A stretch of DNA of 64,000 nt from Camelus dromedarius (GCF_036321535.1 NC_087437.1:113276001-113340000); one strand, 5' to 3'; shown: positions 11,738 to 25,234, counted from the stretch's first letter. Numbers and translations are program-made. The notes: generated from the letters alone by a model not told the origin.

Positions 11738-12779
11738 TTGAGCATTGGATTTTTTTCAACAGCTTTATCGAGATAGAACTTAAGTACCATTATAATACTT
11801 CAAAACTCTTTGTCTTTACAGTAACTTCTCTAAAAATAAATAAACAAATCTACTTACCCCCCCAAAATTTTTAAAAAATAAAGAAAAAAATCTTTGTCTT
11901 TAACTATATTGTGATAAAATTGATATTTTGTTTAACATCATGAGAAACAATGTTTTAACTGAAAAACATTATTCTTGATAATTTTAAAAGCTGTTATGAA
12001 TATCTACATCTCTCAGTAAATCTACTAATATCTAGTGCAAAATGGGCTGGCAGAAGAATGTTACATTCTGTCTCGATGCCATCCAAATAAAACCTTCTAA
12101 CTTTACATTGTAAATTCAAGCAAAGGACTGTAAGAGGATAAAGCAGGTACCAAGAAATGCAGGCTTCTCCCCTCTGTGCTGATTTTGTGTGCTTGTTTCT
12201 CATTTTGGGTAGGCTTGATGAGTTTGCTAACTTGTCCTGCCAACAAATTATCTTGTGGTCAATGAGCAGGAGAGGGACTGTGAAATTTCGTTTGTCGGAT
12301 GCTGGGATATGACCAAATCGTCATGTCTGAAGTTCTCCTTCATTTGCCTTCTGTTACTCATGCTCTTTACTGTCTCCATCCTGCATGATGAAATGCAGCT
12401 GGGTATCTTGGGCCAGTGACTAAGGGGCCTTGTCCGTGCATGCTTGGTTTGGGTCCTGGCGCCTCCTGACTCAGGCGGTTAGTGGCTGTCGGAGGTACCG
12501 GGCAAAAGCACAGAGTCGGCCGGCCAGAAGCCATGGTTGTGGCTGCTTGCGTTCAGAAAGGTGAAATCTGCCCTGAAGGCACTTTCATGGACAGACTATG
12601 ACTTCGTATAATTATTATTTTTATTTCTTCATAGCAATGTTCACATTCTCACCTGGTGGTTTAGGTGAATTTGAAGAGGCGTCTACCCCATGACTCGCTG
12701 TGGTTGCTCAAAATCAGCATGAGTGGTGGGTGCCTAAGACCCCAAGAGGACAAATTATGAAGGTAAACATGGAACAATT

Positions 12780-13195
12780 TTTTTAAATTTAAGTATAGCC
12801 AGTTTACAATGTTGTGTCAGTTTCTGGTGTACAGCATAGTGTTTCAGTCGTACATATACATACATATACTTCTCACATTCTTTTCCATTATAGGTTATTA
12901 CAGGATATTGACTATAGCTCCCTGTGGTGTACAGTAGAAACTTGTTGTTTACCTATTTTATATATAGTAGTTAGTGTCTGCAAATCTCGAACTCCCAATT
13001 TATCCCTTCCCACCTCCTTTCCCCCTCTGGTAAATATGTTTGTTTTTTATGTCTGTGCATCTGTTTCTGTTTTGTAAGGAAGTTCATTTGTGTCCTTTTT
13101 TATTTTTTAGATTCCACATATGAGTGATATCATATGGTATTTTTCTTTCTCTTTCTGGCTTAGTTCACTTAGAATGACGATCTCCAGGTCCATCC
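12780..13195 (-). mobile_element. 5'-truncated L1 with target-site duplication
   Basis: Antisense L1 3' end (gtatagccagtttacaatgttgtg..tagattccacatatgagtgatatcatatggta). TSD aaacatggaacaatt (12765-12779) / aaacatggaaaatt (13196-13209). Confidence 0.9.
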
Positions 13196-13429
13196 AAACA
13201 TGGAAAATTAATACTCTCTCCCGGCCAGGGTGGAGCTGGTGGCCCTCCAGTTCACGTTAAAACAGGACTGACCGCACGATATCGCCTTGCTTCCAATGTA
13301 CCTAAAGTTAACACCAGTGGCTAACTCCACCAGTGGGATCTATACCAGCAGCCACTAAAGGGACTGCACGGGGTGGAGGGAAATGACGGAGGGCAAGGTC
13401 AGTAGCCTCGATAGCTGACGTTCTTCTGA

Positions 13430-13545
13430 AATTCATTCATTCGTTCATTCATCTGTTAGTTGAATATCTCCCACAGGCACTGCCCATGCCAGGTTCTGGG
13501 GCCCGGAAATGACTCCACCATGGTTCCTTAAGGAGTGGACAGTCC
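13430..13545 (-). mobile_element. L2 3' end fragment
   Basis: (ttca)n head followed by ..tgccaggttctgggg..; typical antisense L2 tail. Confidence 0.5.
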
Positions 13546-13971
13546 CACAGGGCAGACCTGGCCACCCAAACTGACCCCAGGAGCTACAGAATCCAGGAGG
13601 AATTCTGAGGACTGGCCCCCTGCTGTCCCGTAGCCATGGTACAGCACATTAGCAGCGAGGTGGGCAAGTGAGAACAGAGGAAGCCCAACCAAGACTCCAA
13701 AGTGGCAAAGGTCCACTCTGTTACCTGGAGAACATCCCGGATGTCCATCCAAATCAGTCTCCTCGCAGAGTGAAACCCTCTCCACTGACCAGAAATATCA
13801 CTTAGAGAATGAAGTCCTTGTCGCAATTCTTACTTCTACAAAAGAATCCCAGACCTGCCGTCTCCCTCCTAAGATAATGACAGAACCATTCTTGAAAAGA
13901 AGCAGAAGAACTGCAAAATAATACAAGGCTACAAAATAATTTTGCAATTTCAAAGTGGTTTCTATGACCTT

Positions 13972-14335
13972 TGTTACAGGCTGAACGTCATCCCCTCTCA
14001 AATGGAGATGGGACCTTCAAAGAGGTGATTAAGATTAAATAAGGCTATTAGAGTGGGCCCTCATCCCACAGGACTGTGTCCTTATAAGAAGAGGAAATTT
14101 GGACACACAAAGGGGTACTAGGGATGAACAAGACAGAGGAAGGATCACAGAGGACACAGCGAGAAAGCAGCCATCTGTAAGCAAAGGAGAGAGGCCTCGG
14201 AAGAGATCTACGCCTGCTGACACCTTGATCTTGGACTTCCAGCCTCCAGAACCATTAGAAAATGAATTTCTGTTGGTCAGGCCACTCAGTCCATGGCATT
14301 TTGTTACAGGAGCCCTAGCCTAGCAAACTAGTACA
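13972..14335 (+). mobile_element. MLT1B-like solo LTR
   Basis: tgttacaggctgaa..tggagatgggaccttcaaagaggtgattaag..gtccttataagaagagg..gacaccttgatcttggacttccagcctccagaac..gcaaactagtaca. Confidence 0.85.
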
Positions 14336-15859
14336 ATCTCCAACTTCAGAGTATGTACCACATAAAACACACCCATCTTGAACTACCTACTGCTCTTAAC
14401 TAAAAATTCTTATAGAAGGTCTCTGCAGAAGTGCAAGTTCTAATCTATAGGTCGTCTTCGTGTTTTCAAGGAAATGTCCCGGAAAGAAAATGACTGGACA
14501 GGAGCATCACCACTGGAATGCACAGACTTCAGACTCGTCCAGTGGCCTGTGCGGAGCTTTGCCATAAATTCACAACCGCCATCATCCAGCACCAAGCTGT
14601 CAGTCAGTCTCACATACGCTAAACCACATAACTCTCTGATGTTGATAAAGTAAGACAGACAGGAGACTCTGTGTCAATGATTAAGCATGCCTTTTCAAAG
14701 GCCACATTCTTGGCAATCATTTGGAATGGGTTTTTTTCCCCCTAAACAAAGACCCAAGGAAAACAGTGGAAAGGCTTTCAAAGGCACCCATTACACTAAG
14801 GGCGACCAGCCGGGAGGATGTATGCATGCCAGTGGAACTATTTTTACTCCTACATTCTGAACACTGTTTCTTTTCAAACCGGCTGTGTGAAGGGTCTGCT
14901 GGCTGGCTTCTAACTGGAAAAGTCACAGAAATTTACCCTTGCAGAAAATGTCTATAACAGTTTCTTCCTTGGAAAAAATAATGACAAACCCTGAATCACA
15001 TTTCCTAGGATCTTAAAATAATAATTTTGATTTGCTGGTTTATTTGAAAATTCCATGGTAATAAAATAACCAATCAAAGCTTTAACCTATTTCCATTGGC
15101 GCAATCAAGGGAAAAGGAGGTGACAAAAAGTGGCTCTGTCACTTTGGCTTGACCATTCTTTGGCTAGTCCAAAACCCACGTCTGATGATGGGTGGTTCTG
15201 GAACACAGCAAGCGTTGAAGTGTCCAGGCTGGGTTACGCGCTGGGTGAAAATTCCTTCTTCTCTCTTTATTTAAATCAATCTTGAGGAATTCTTAAACCT
15301 CTCAAATCTTCGCTCATAGAACGTCTAGCATTTCCCCGTAGGCCACTAAAATTGAAATCCTTTCTCATCCTTCTTAACTTTCTGAGCCTTGCACATTGGA
15401 GGATGAAGACAAGTGGGCTGTAATAAAAATCTCTGAAGATTAAGAATAGGTCTTGTGCGTCCCATGAGAAGACACAGATGACCAACAGTTCTAGAAATCT
15501 TTGTACTAAGAAAGAGTCCAGCCAGTGGAGAAAGGGAATTATCGGACCTTTACAAGGCTTCAGCAGAGTCTGTGTGTGCAGACAGCCGTGTGTGCTCAGA
15601 GGATGAAGTGTAGTCGAGAGGTTAGGTGAAGAGGCCAGCAGGGGAGTCCTGCCACGTGCCTGTGAGGGTTCTCCCATCCCGGGGTGTTTCCCGGTCCTGC
15701 TGGGGGTAGGTATCAATGTCATGTAGAGCCTCGAGGTCATGGACACAGAAGGGCTCTGGAGGTATCAGCATCATACGGTGACACCCTTTGGGGTTTGGCT
15801 TCTTGCTAACTCTGCAGACATTGCTCATTTATACAGTCCTGGCCTGGATGGCCTGGATT

Positions 15860-15995
15860 CTCACAGGGTAGCCCTGAGCCAGCAGCACTGGACTCACCTG
15901 TGAACAGGTGAGAAATGTAGAACTTCGGGCCCCACCTGAGCTACTGAAGGAGAGTCTTTGTTTTCACCAGATTCCCAGGTGATGCTCATGCATGC
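15860..15995. mobile_element. MER5A-like MITE (its end probably resumes at ~16357-16378 after the LTR)
   Basis: ccagcagcactggactcacctgtgaacaggtgagaaatgtaga..ggccccacctgagctactgaa..tttcaccagattcccaggtgatgctcatgca. Confidence 0.6.
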
Positions 15996-16356
15996 TGTCT
16001 AAGTCTGTTCAGGTGCTAACACAGAACACTGTAGACTGGACAGCATATAAACAGCAGACGCTTCTTTCTGACAGCTCTGGAGGCTGGGAAGTCCACGATC
16101 AAGGTGCTGGCAGGTCCTGTGTCTGGTGAGGGCCTGTTTCTAGGTTCATAGAGGGCTATCTTTCACTGTGTCCTCACATGGCAGGAGGGGCGGGGAGTCT
16201 TGGGGGTCTCTTTGATAAAGGCACTAATCCCATGCAAGAGGGCTCTGCCCTTTGACCTAATCACCCCAAAGGTCCCACTTCCTAATGCCACCACATGGGA
16301 GTTAGCATTGCAAAGTATGAATTTCAGGGGACAGAAGCGTTCATCTGTGGGACGCA
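15996..16356 (-). mobile_element. MLT1A-like solo LTR
   Basis: tgtctaagtctgttcaggtgcta..ctctggaggctgggaagtccacgatcaaggtgctggcag..tgtcctcacatggc..gcactaatccc..atgaatttcagggg. Confidence 0.85.
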
Positions 16357-18289
16357 GTAAGGTTAGGGAAGCGCTGGTCGAGGGCGGAAGGGGAGGAAGA
16401 TCGTGCTGATTATCACCATCTGATCGCTAAGTGGTACCGCGTGACAAGAACACTAAACCATCCTGGGTTCACTTGTGGACGGATACTTCTCCAGGGGAAT
16501 CTTGCCAGATGGCCACACATGGCAAACAAGGCGAACCTGGTGTACAGGATTCTTCCAGAGGGATATTTATCCAGGTTGCCATGGGCATCAGAGTCAACTG
16601 GACTTTCATCGATGGCTGATGAGAAGTTGAGCACTCACAGAATTATTCCATTAGATACGCCAGTAAACAACATATACATTGCATGTGTATATACAGATAT
16701 CTATCACTCTCTCTCTAAATATACACCTCTCCAGCTGTAATTATTGAATGCTCTATGTCCCTATCAAGCATAACAGGGAAGAGATGACTCGCTTACTTAC
16801 TGATCTTAACTGACTTACATGGCCAATAAAACAACAAACTTATTTTCCTCCATGCTTAGTTTTAGGGGTTGATTATATTTTCAACATTTGCCTCTAGAGA
16901 TGTAGTTTTATGAAACTTACATGATCCAAAATTTAATCCACTTCACTTCTACGAGTTTTTCTTTCTCTTTAAGGGGTTGACAGAAGGCAGCTCATGCTGC
17001 CTTCCTCTGAAATTTCAGAGCACCTTTCTAAAACACGGCATGGCACAGGGAGCGGCAACTCTCTTGCAGACCATAAATGGCACTGCTATATAAGCAGCAA
17101 CACCAGGGGCACAAAAAATGTATTAGAAACAAAAGAAAAGGACAGAGTCCTTTGTAGCAGCGACTCTGTCAAGGCCAACTGCTTTTCTGACTTGATCTAG
17201 CAGCACTGATGGGCTTTTGGGTCAATGTCTGTATCCCCCACAGAGTGGGAGTGGGGTGGAAATCCATTTGAGCTGATAGGAGGGATGGCCAACTACTGAG
17301 AGGGCTGTGGTGCTTTCACGCCATAGTACTTTTCAATTTTATCTCAAAACTTAAGATTGGAAAAAAAAAAAAAAGACTCCAGGTGTCTGGAGCATTTTGC
17401 CACATGATTTACAGTACATAAAATCATGGAAAGTCACACCACTTCCTGATAGCACACAGCTCATGTTGGCCACTGAAACCCTTCTTCTGACTAATTCATT
17501 CCATGCTGTAGTTTTCCATGGCTGACTCATAACCATATCCTACTTTTCTCATTTCCTGAAATGATTCTGATGAAGGTTATTCCACATAAAAAGTGGAATG
17601 ATATATAAAATCCATAAACCTAGGTACAATTTTAAAATCTTAACTCTAACTCCCAAATAAACTTTTGGTCATAAATTCGTGAGACAGACCCATGTTTCCG
17701 GGTTTCAAAAGGACATCATATATTCCAGTAGATAAGTCCATAGCACAGAACTGGGCTCACGATCAAAAGTTAGTGAATTCAATTCAGAATCAGATCTTCT
17801 TTTAATGAAACAAAGAAGCTGTAAAGCAAAAATATTTTGAGACCAAAAAGAGATCTCAGAACAAGATGACGTATCTTGAGAGGGAATTAGAAGCAGTTTA
17901 GACGTTTCTGTTCTGTAAAATGTCACCATTATGCTTTGCTTAAAAGGACACTTCAATATGTAATCACCGATTTTTTTTACACTATTACCAAAAGAAACAC
18001 AGAGTACTTTGAATTGCCTTGATTTGCCTGTGTTTTAAGGAAAGTATTTATCTTTAAATTTAAAATTACCTGTGCTCTCTAAAAAAAACCCACCACCACC
18101 ACCAACACCAACACCAAAAACTCAGACGCAATGCACAATTCAAATCTTCAATTGGAGCTGATGGGAAGAGAGTCAACAAGCCATCCCCTTACTAATTATT
18201 TCTCTTACTCATCTTCTAGCTTTGAGACTGAGAAGTATTTTTATTTTTCTGGGTAGTACCCTGAAAAGTATGTGTTTCAATATAAAAAT

Positions 18290-18356
18290 GTGAGATTTGT
18301 GAGGCAACTGGGGAAATTTGAACACAGAATCAATACTTGATATTAAGAAAGTACAT

Positions 18357-18411
<55 letters not shown>

Positions 18412-18610
18412 TAAAAGGGTCCTTATCCCTCAGAGATGCACATCATTGAAATATGAAGCCCACAGGTATGTTTAAAACTACCTTGTGGTGTAAGGATGGG
18501 AAGAGGGATTCATGTGTTGATCGCTGATGAATCTGGGTGGTGAGTTAAGTACACAGGGTTCATTAGACTGTAAGTGTCTGAGAACCTCCATAAATAAAAA
18601 GTTATTTTTA
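18290..18610 (+). mobile_element. Old L1ME/L1MC 3' UTR fragment
   Basis: gaggcaactggggaaatttgaacac..ccttatccctcagagatgcaca..tgaatctgggtggtgagt..ctccataaataaaaagtt. Confidence 0.55.
18355..18412. repeat. (TTTA)n tetranucleotide microsatellite, ~14 units
   Basis: Pure atttatttattt... run read directly. Confidence 0.95.
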
Positions 18611-19689
18611 AGAAGTTAAAAGGCAAAAAAAAAAAGTAGCAAAGAATTGATAAAGGATTTAAAATAAGTTCAGCATTCCTGGTACTAATTCTAAACAGAC
18701 ACAGTATAAATAATTTTCGTAATTCACACAAGCTGAAAATACATCATTTAATTTTTAACCATTTTTCAAGACAAAATTTCATACTCTGACATAAAGTATA
18801 CGACAGAACTCTCTTGGACATGGTTCATTTTTTGCAATTACTGCCATTGAGTCAGTAGGGAAACTATTTAGAACAATTTTCAAAATGCTGGAAAATATGT
18901 GCAAAGGAACACCTCAGCCTACTTATCAGATGAGGACCCAGTAGTGTGGAAGTTTTTGTTTCTTACTGTGTAATAGACCTGGGCCAGATCAGTCAAGTGA
19001 CCTGAAAGGTCTAGAGGCCATGCTGAGGTGGGTGTTCTTACCGAACGGTTGAGGGAACATTGGGTACATTATGGTACTTGAAAGCTGTGAAGCCCACACA
19101 GAAGCCATGGATAAGGGTAATGTCCGTTCAACTGGAAACGCCGTGTGGATTCCTCATGCTCACCTGGCTCATTCCAGCCACCCATTTCAGAAGCACTAAC
19201 TCATAACTCCCACAATGATCCCATGAGCTGTGGAGGTGGCAACTGATATATTTTTATTTCATTGATGGAAAGATTGATGCAGATCATGTGATTCCTCAAG
19301 TCAGGGAGTGACCAAAGAGGAAAGCAGGAAATAAAACCCAACCCAGCACTTGGAAAGCCCCGCATACAGCTTTCACCATCATTGACAGTATCTTTTGTTC
19401 CAAGCCTGGGGAAGATGCTGAACTGAAAGACATATTAAGATGCATATTAGCACATAGCAGGGGATGGGATTTTAAATTTCCAGATAACTTCGAAAAAATA
19501 ATAAACGTTAAAAAAAACTGTCACATTTAACACACTTAAAGGATGGAAAGACGATATCCTTTCACAGAAGAAGACGTCAATAGACTTGGCAGTCAACAGT
19601 GACACCGGTGGTGATGAGATGGATGGGAAACGACAGCTTCCACAAATCGACAGCTTACTCACTACTGGGTTTGGAGGCAGGTACCTGGC

Positions 19690-19850
19690 ATCTGTTCTCT
19701 CTTTTCACCCTCGAACTTCTCTGTGGGAGAGGCGCTATTTCTTTTTCACAGATGAGGAACTGAGGCTATATGTCGTGCCTAATTCTCTTGGAGGTTTGAC
19801 GTGGCATCAAAATCTGGAGCAAAGCGACAATGAAACTGTACCTAGCCTAA
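19690..19850 (-). mobile_element. MIR fragment
   Basis: tttttcacagatgaggaactgaggct core motif. Confidence 0.55.
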
Positions 19851-21409
19851 CACAAATTCTTAAAATAGCGAAGAATGATCCATCATACCCCGTGGCAAAC
19901 GATGCTGACAAGTTTGAGCTGTCAAGGAGGTGCCTGTGGTCCCATGTACTGCTGATGGAAAAAGCTGGATTCTCTTAAGGCTGCTGATTATTCATGAGAC
20001 ATTTGGCCGCTCTGTGGAAGATGTTAACCCACGCTGATGTCTTGCGCCAACAAGGTCTGCAAAACCAGCGACCTTCTGTAAGAAAGCTGGCCTCGGGCTC
20101 AGGCCCTTCTTTTCACCTTATGCACCGCACCACCTTCATCTCCAGCAAAACACAGTGCCTGTGGCACAGATGGATTGATGAGCAGGGCTGATAGAGGAAT
20201 GGCTTTATCAAGAACTATCCAGAGAAGATAATATCAAGAAAAACCCTTGCATCTCTATTTAAGATTAAGACAGGGCTGCACTGTCCATTTTAGACACTGA
20301 CAGCTCAAAATGGTTCAGCCTTTAACTTCTAACAATCAGAATGTTATATACCCTTTTCTATAGAAAATCTGACAATTTAAGGATTTTGAATAGCAGAGGC
20401 TTTAATCTGGTTTCCCGAGGAGCCATGGCATCTTAGGACACTGGTCCAGGAGTCAGTTTTGGTCTCTAGCCTTGGCTTTGGCAAAAACAAGTTGTGCTGC
20501 ACTGGGCAGAATGTTTCACCTCCCCGGATCTGTCTCATCTGTTGCAAAATCAGTGATGAGGGAGCTCCAAAAGGATGATAGCAGGGGCAGGAAAGATCAT
20601 AATCACGTATAACAGAATTCAGCTTATTCAACGGAACAAACTGCAGGAAAGCAGAGGAGAGATATTAATATCTATGCTAATGGAGCACTATAAACACATT
20701 TCACCTGAATACTAAAAATAGGCTTCCCAGTAATTGCAGTAATTTTTTTAAAAGATCATAAATTACTGTCATCCTAGCTGCATGAAACTCCGATTAGAGT
20801 CGCTGGAAATTGTGAGAATGCAAAGGTGGATAAATGTAGCCTATTTATTCCAGGCATCGTTCGAAAATTCGTACAAGGTCAGGATTAGTGGGGGGAAGGG
20901 GGAGAAGGAAAACTTGCCTGAAAAATTAAGCAGTGTCAGGAAGCTGGACACAATCTGTGATTCACAGCACAGGATTCTTTCTATAAGGACTCTTATCTAA
21001 CCCTGTTTGTTCTGGATAGTGGCTCGTATGCTCTTGAGTGATGGGTTCAGACAAGTTCAAGTTAATAAGCTCCATGATGAATCCTATTATGCAGGTGTTT
21101 CTATAACTTTTATAGGCAAGACAGAAGATAAAGAACTTGTTTGTAAGACGCACAAGCATCCTGCTGGTCATGGTCTAATCAGCCTAATGCTGCAGATGCC
21201 ACGCTTTCAAACAGCCCCTTGTTCCTGCAGATTAAGTCAGTCCAAATACCCGGAACTGGGACCCAGAGAAGGTCTTGAGGATCTTTTGAGAATGTAGCTC
21301 ACATTTGCCAGTTGCTTATGCAGGCTCTGACTGATAATAATTCTAAGTTATATTCAAACTCCACTTTGCAGTTTTTGTCTTTTCACATGTAGTAACTCAT
21401 TTCAGTTTC

Positions 21410-21550
21410 TCCCAAGCCCTTGGGAGGACTCAGGGAAGGCATTCTCATTCTTACCTTTGCAGAAATGAGGCTCGGTGAGCTCAGATCGCTTGCCCAAGGT
21501 CATGTAGCTCATACTGGCACCACCAACATGCACGTTCATGCCCTCTGACT
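21410..21550 (-). mobile_element. MIR fragment
   Basis: gaaatgaggctcggtgagctcagatcgcttgcccaaggtcatgtagct. Confidence 0.6.
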
Positions 21551-23909
21551 GTTTGTTACCCAGGATGGCTGTACCCAAATACGCCTTCTTGTAAATCCTT
21601 AAGATAGTACCAAAAAAGGCACAGGTGAGGTATACACACATGCCTGCAGATTTCTGTGGTGAGTCAGTAAATATGACTTAAAGGGAACTTTGATCAGTGA
21701 GCTCATTCACGCTTCAGGCTCTGAACTGAGATAGGGTTAAGACCATCAAAAAAATTTTCCCCCCAATTTTTAATCCAAGAAGTCAGGTTCTGGGCATTTT
21801 TGAGTACTTGAATATAAACCCTGAATCTGCCTAAACTGTTAACAGGGATGTACGATTTATGACTCTAACTAGACTGCTTTGGTTTGAAGGTGGGTCTGAT
21901 CAAGGGCATAGTCTGGCACAAGTGCAAACCACCCATGAAGGGGCCACTAAGGAAGCCCCCACGCTGGAAGGCGCTGGAAGTTTCTGCAAGAAGGTTCGTT
22001 TGAACACTCCTCTGTGAATTGCTCCATATAAGGACACCAACCCAGACTTCTGTAAGAACTTGAAAAGCAGGCTCTTCCTTTCCCATTTCTCCATCTCTTA
22101 CTCTTAGAAGGGACGGGAAATAGAGAAGAAGAGAAACTGATGAAAAGGAACAGAAGCAGACAAGGAAGGCTCATCCTGACACTCCTCTCAAGGTTTCTGG
22201 TTTTTATGGGGCATCCCTTTGATGGAAAACATCTGCACGGAAGGAGGGTGGGTACATAGTTTTAAATAATGAAAATAAGGCTTTAGGATGGAAACCATTT
22301 ATGCAATTATTTAATAATTTTAATACTTAATGTAACAATCTGAAATGTACCAGAAGAAAATTTGGTTGAAGCGACAACAAAAAACAGCGTGTCAAAAATC
22401 ACAAATACTGACATGGTTTCACAAAGACCTCAGAAGAATGATACGTCTGTCTAGGGAGCATAATGAGAGCCTGGGGGAAGCTAAGTGAAGAATTAATGGA
22501 GAAATAAAGAAACAAAAAAGAGAAATGTCCAGCAAAGCCTCTCTCAATATATTTAAAAACTAATGCTGGGCTGAAATCACAATGAGCATAAATACATAGT
22601 AAACGTTCCCAATCTAGGCCATTTTCTCCAGCACCACAAAACTCTTTTTGGTATGTGATTACTTTAAAACTTTTATTTTTAGTAGAAAAAAAAATCCCCC
22701 AAATATATTTATAAGCCCTGGTTGGACTATTTTTGCTACCGAAAATAGTTCTCTGCCTGCTTACCCTATTTAACTTTAAATACCATTCTGATGCTCTGTA
22801 CGTAAACAAAAATAATTTGAAGAGTTTTATTTTCCCCCAAGAGTTAAAAATATTGTTGCTACTTCTACTTAGCTGGTTTGAATATCTGAAAGCAGAATTG
22901 TTAGAAACAGTTCTTTCTGGAAAATGTTTACCTCTTTCTGGATTATATTACATAAAAGTTAGTTACCTGAGTAATCTGTTTAGGAAAAAAAAAAAAGCTA
23001 AACATGAATTCATACACAGTGTCAACACCAATCAAACCTGAATTTTAACTCAGAAATATTCTATTGATACTGGCCTCAGCTCAGGGGACCAGAACAGTCC
23101 TACTGTTCAAAATAGCTGATGCAGGGTTGGCTCCTGCCCGACTCAATTTTCCACAGGCACATAGGATTCAGGATTTGGCCCTCAAAAGGCTCAAGATCCT
23201 ATCTTTTCCAACTCAGGGACTTACCCAGAAAATTTCACATCGTTTGTCACTCTGTGCACTAGTGCTACACTCAATTACATTTTCTTAAATGTGACTGCAT
23301 TAACCGAAGTGGGGCACTCCCAGGTCGGCCTCAGATTTTCTGTGATGTCAGGCAGAACGAGCGCTTCAAGAAAATCTGACTGCATGCTCTGTGAATTCCA
23401 TTATGAAGGCACATCAAATAATCATCTGGCTCTGGTTCCCTCAGGGGTAATCTCTGAAGGTCACATTTTGGCTGTAAATCAATAAAGACTTCCTGGAGCA
23501 CTGATTTAATCTGCGGTGACATCAGTTTGGAAACATTCTCATGCTCCTGAAAAATCAAATTTCTCTATATTCCATAATTACCCCCTGGATGTTCTGAATA
23601 TTTGGCCATTGCTGACTGAATACATACTATGTACTAGGCATTCCCAGGAAAGCAGATTTTCTAGGGGAGGCAGGCACCTGGCACACGTGGCACAGGAAGA
23701 AGTACAGGTGACAATGCCCAGGGGAGGCACTGCAAAGGGCAGAGGAATTACACCATGGGAGGGCAGGAGGGAGGAATGTGGTGCCAGCTAAGCCCGCATC
23801 CTCCCAAGACATTCTTAGTACCTGAAGTGCTAGGACAACAGCATCTCTGCACACTGTCAATATACTTAACACTGCTGAGCTGTGCTTTATAAAAAGGTAT
23901 AAAGATAAA

Positions 23910-24796
23910 TAGCCAACAGGTAGATTAAAAAAATGCTCAATATTGCTAATTATCAAAGAAATGTAAATCAAAACTACAATGACGTATCACCTCACACCAG
24001 TCAGAATGGCTGTCATGAAAAAGTCCACAAGTGAAAAATGCTGGAGAAGGCGTGCAGAAAGGGAACCCTCCTACAATGTTGGTGGGAATGCAGTTTGTTG
24101 CAGCCACTATGGAAAACAGTATGGAGATTCCTTAGAAAACTAAAGAGACTTACCCTATGATCTAGCAATTCCACTTCTGGGCATATATCCAGAAAGAACT
24201 CTAATTTGAAAAGATACATGCACCCCAATGTTCATAGCAGCACTATTTACAGTAGCCAAGACATGGAAACAACCTAAATGTCCACTGACAGATGACTGGA
24301 TAAAGAAGTTGTGGTATATATACACAATGGAATACTACACAGCTATAAAAAAGAATAAAACAATGCCATTTGCAGCAACACTGATGGACCTGGAGACTGT
24401 CATTCTAAGTGAAGTAAGCCAGAAAGAGAAAGAAAACATCATATGATATCACTCATATGTAGAATTTTTTAAAAAGGACACACATGAACTTATTCACAAA
24501 ACAGAAAGACTCACAGATATAGAAAACTTAGTTACCAGTGGGTGAGAAGGTAGGGAGGAATAAGTTGGGAGTTTTGGATTTGCAGATACACACTACTATA
24601 TATAAAATAGATGAACAACAAGGACCTACTCTATAGCACAGGGAACTATATTCAATATCTTGTAGTAACTTATAATGAAAAAGAATATGAATAGGAATCT
24701 ATATATATGTATATATGTATAACTGATCACTGTGCTGTCCACCAGAAATTAACACAACATTGTAAATCGACTACACTTCAATTAAAAAAAAAAAAG
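23910..24796 (+). mobile_element. 5'-truncated L1: end of ORF2 plus 3' UTR and poly(A)
   Basis: ORF 24228-24446 [37 protein letters not shown]... is the conserved L1 ORF2 C-terminus. It is followed by the 3' UTR and an A tail at ~24785-24795. Confidence 0.95.
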
Positions 24797-24799
24797 ATA

Positions 24800-25210
24800 C
24801 AAGTCCTGAATCTAATCCTAGGGAAACATCAGACATGATGGCCATTCTGTGACATGACAGGCCTAGTACCCTCCAATAGTGTCCAGGTCATGAGTCCAGG
24901 AAAGACAAAGGAGCTGTCCTAGACTTAAGGAGACTCAAGAGATAAGACAAACCACTTGCCTCAAGTGAGCCCCAGTGGGATCCTTGACTCCAAAGGACAC
25001 CACGGGGACAACTGGGGAACTCTGAATGGAGGCTCGGGATTGCATGGCTGTAAGGTGTCCGTGTTATGCCCTGATCCCGATAGCTTTATGGTGATCATCC
25101 TTCTGGATAGCCTTGTTTTCAGGGATATCCTACTCTGTTCAAGCATGGTGGGCATCGTTGGCAAATGGTTTCAAATGTTACTGGTATTAAACTTGTGACT
25201 TTTCTATAAT
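24800..25210 (+). mobile_element. Old L1MC/ME 3' UTR fragment
   Basis: cctgaatctaatcctagggaaacatcagac..cagactt/aaggagact..ggacaactggggaactctgaatgg..ccttgttttcagg. Confidence 0.6.
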
Positions 25211-25234
25211 AACAACAATAATAACAATAATAAC

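Noticed and set aside
24228..24446. 72-aa [22 protein letters not shown]...
   Set aside because: It is the C-terminus of L1 ORF2 in a 5'-truncated element, not a host gene.
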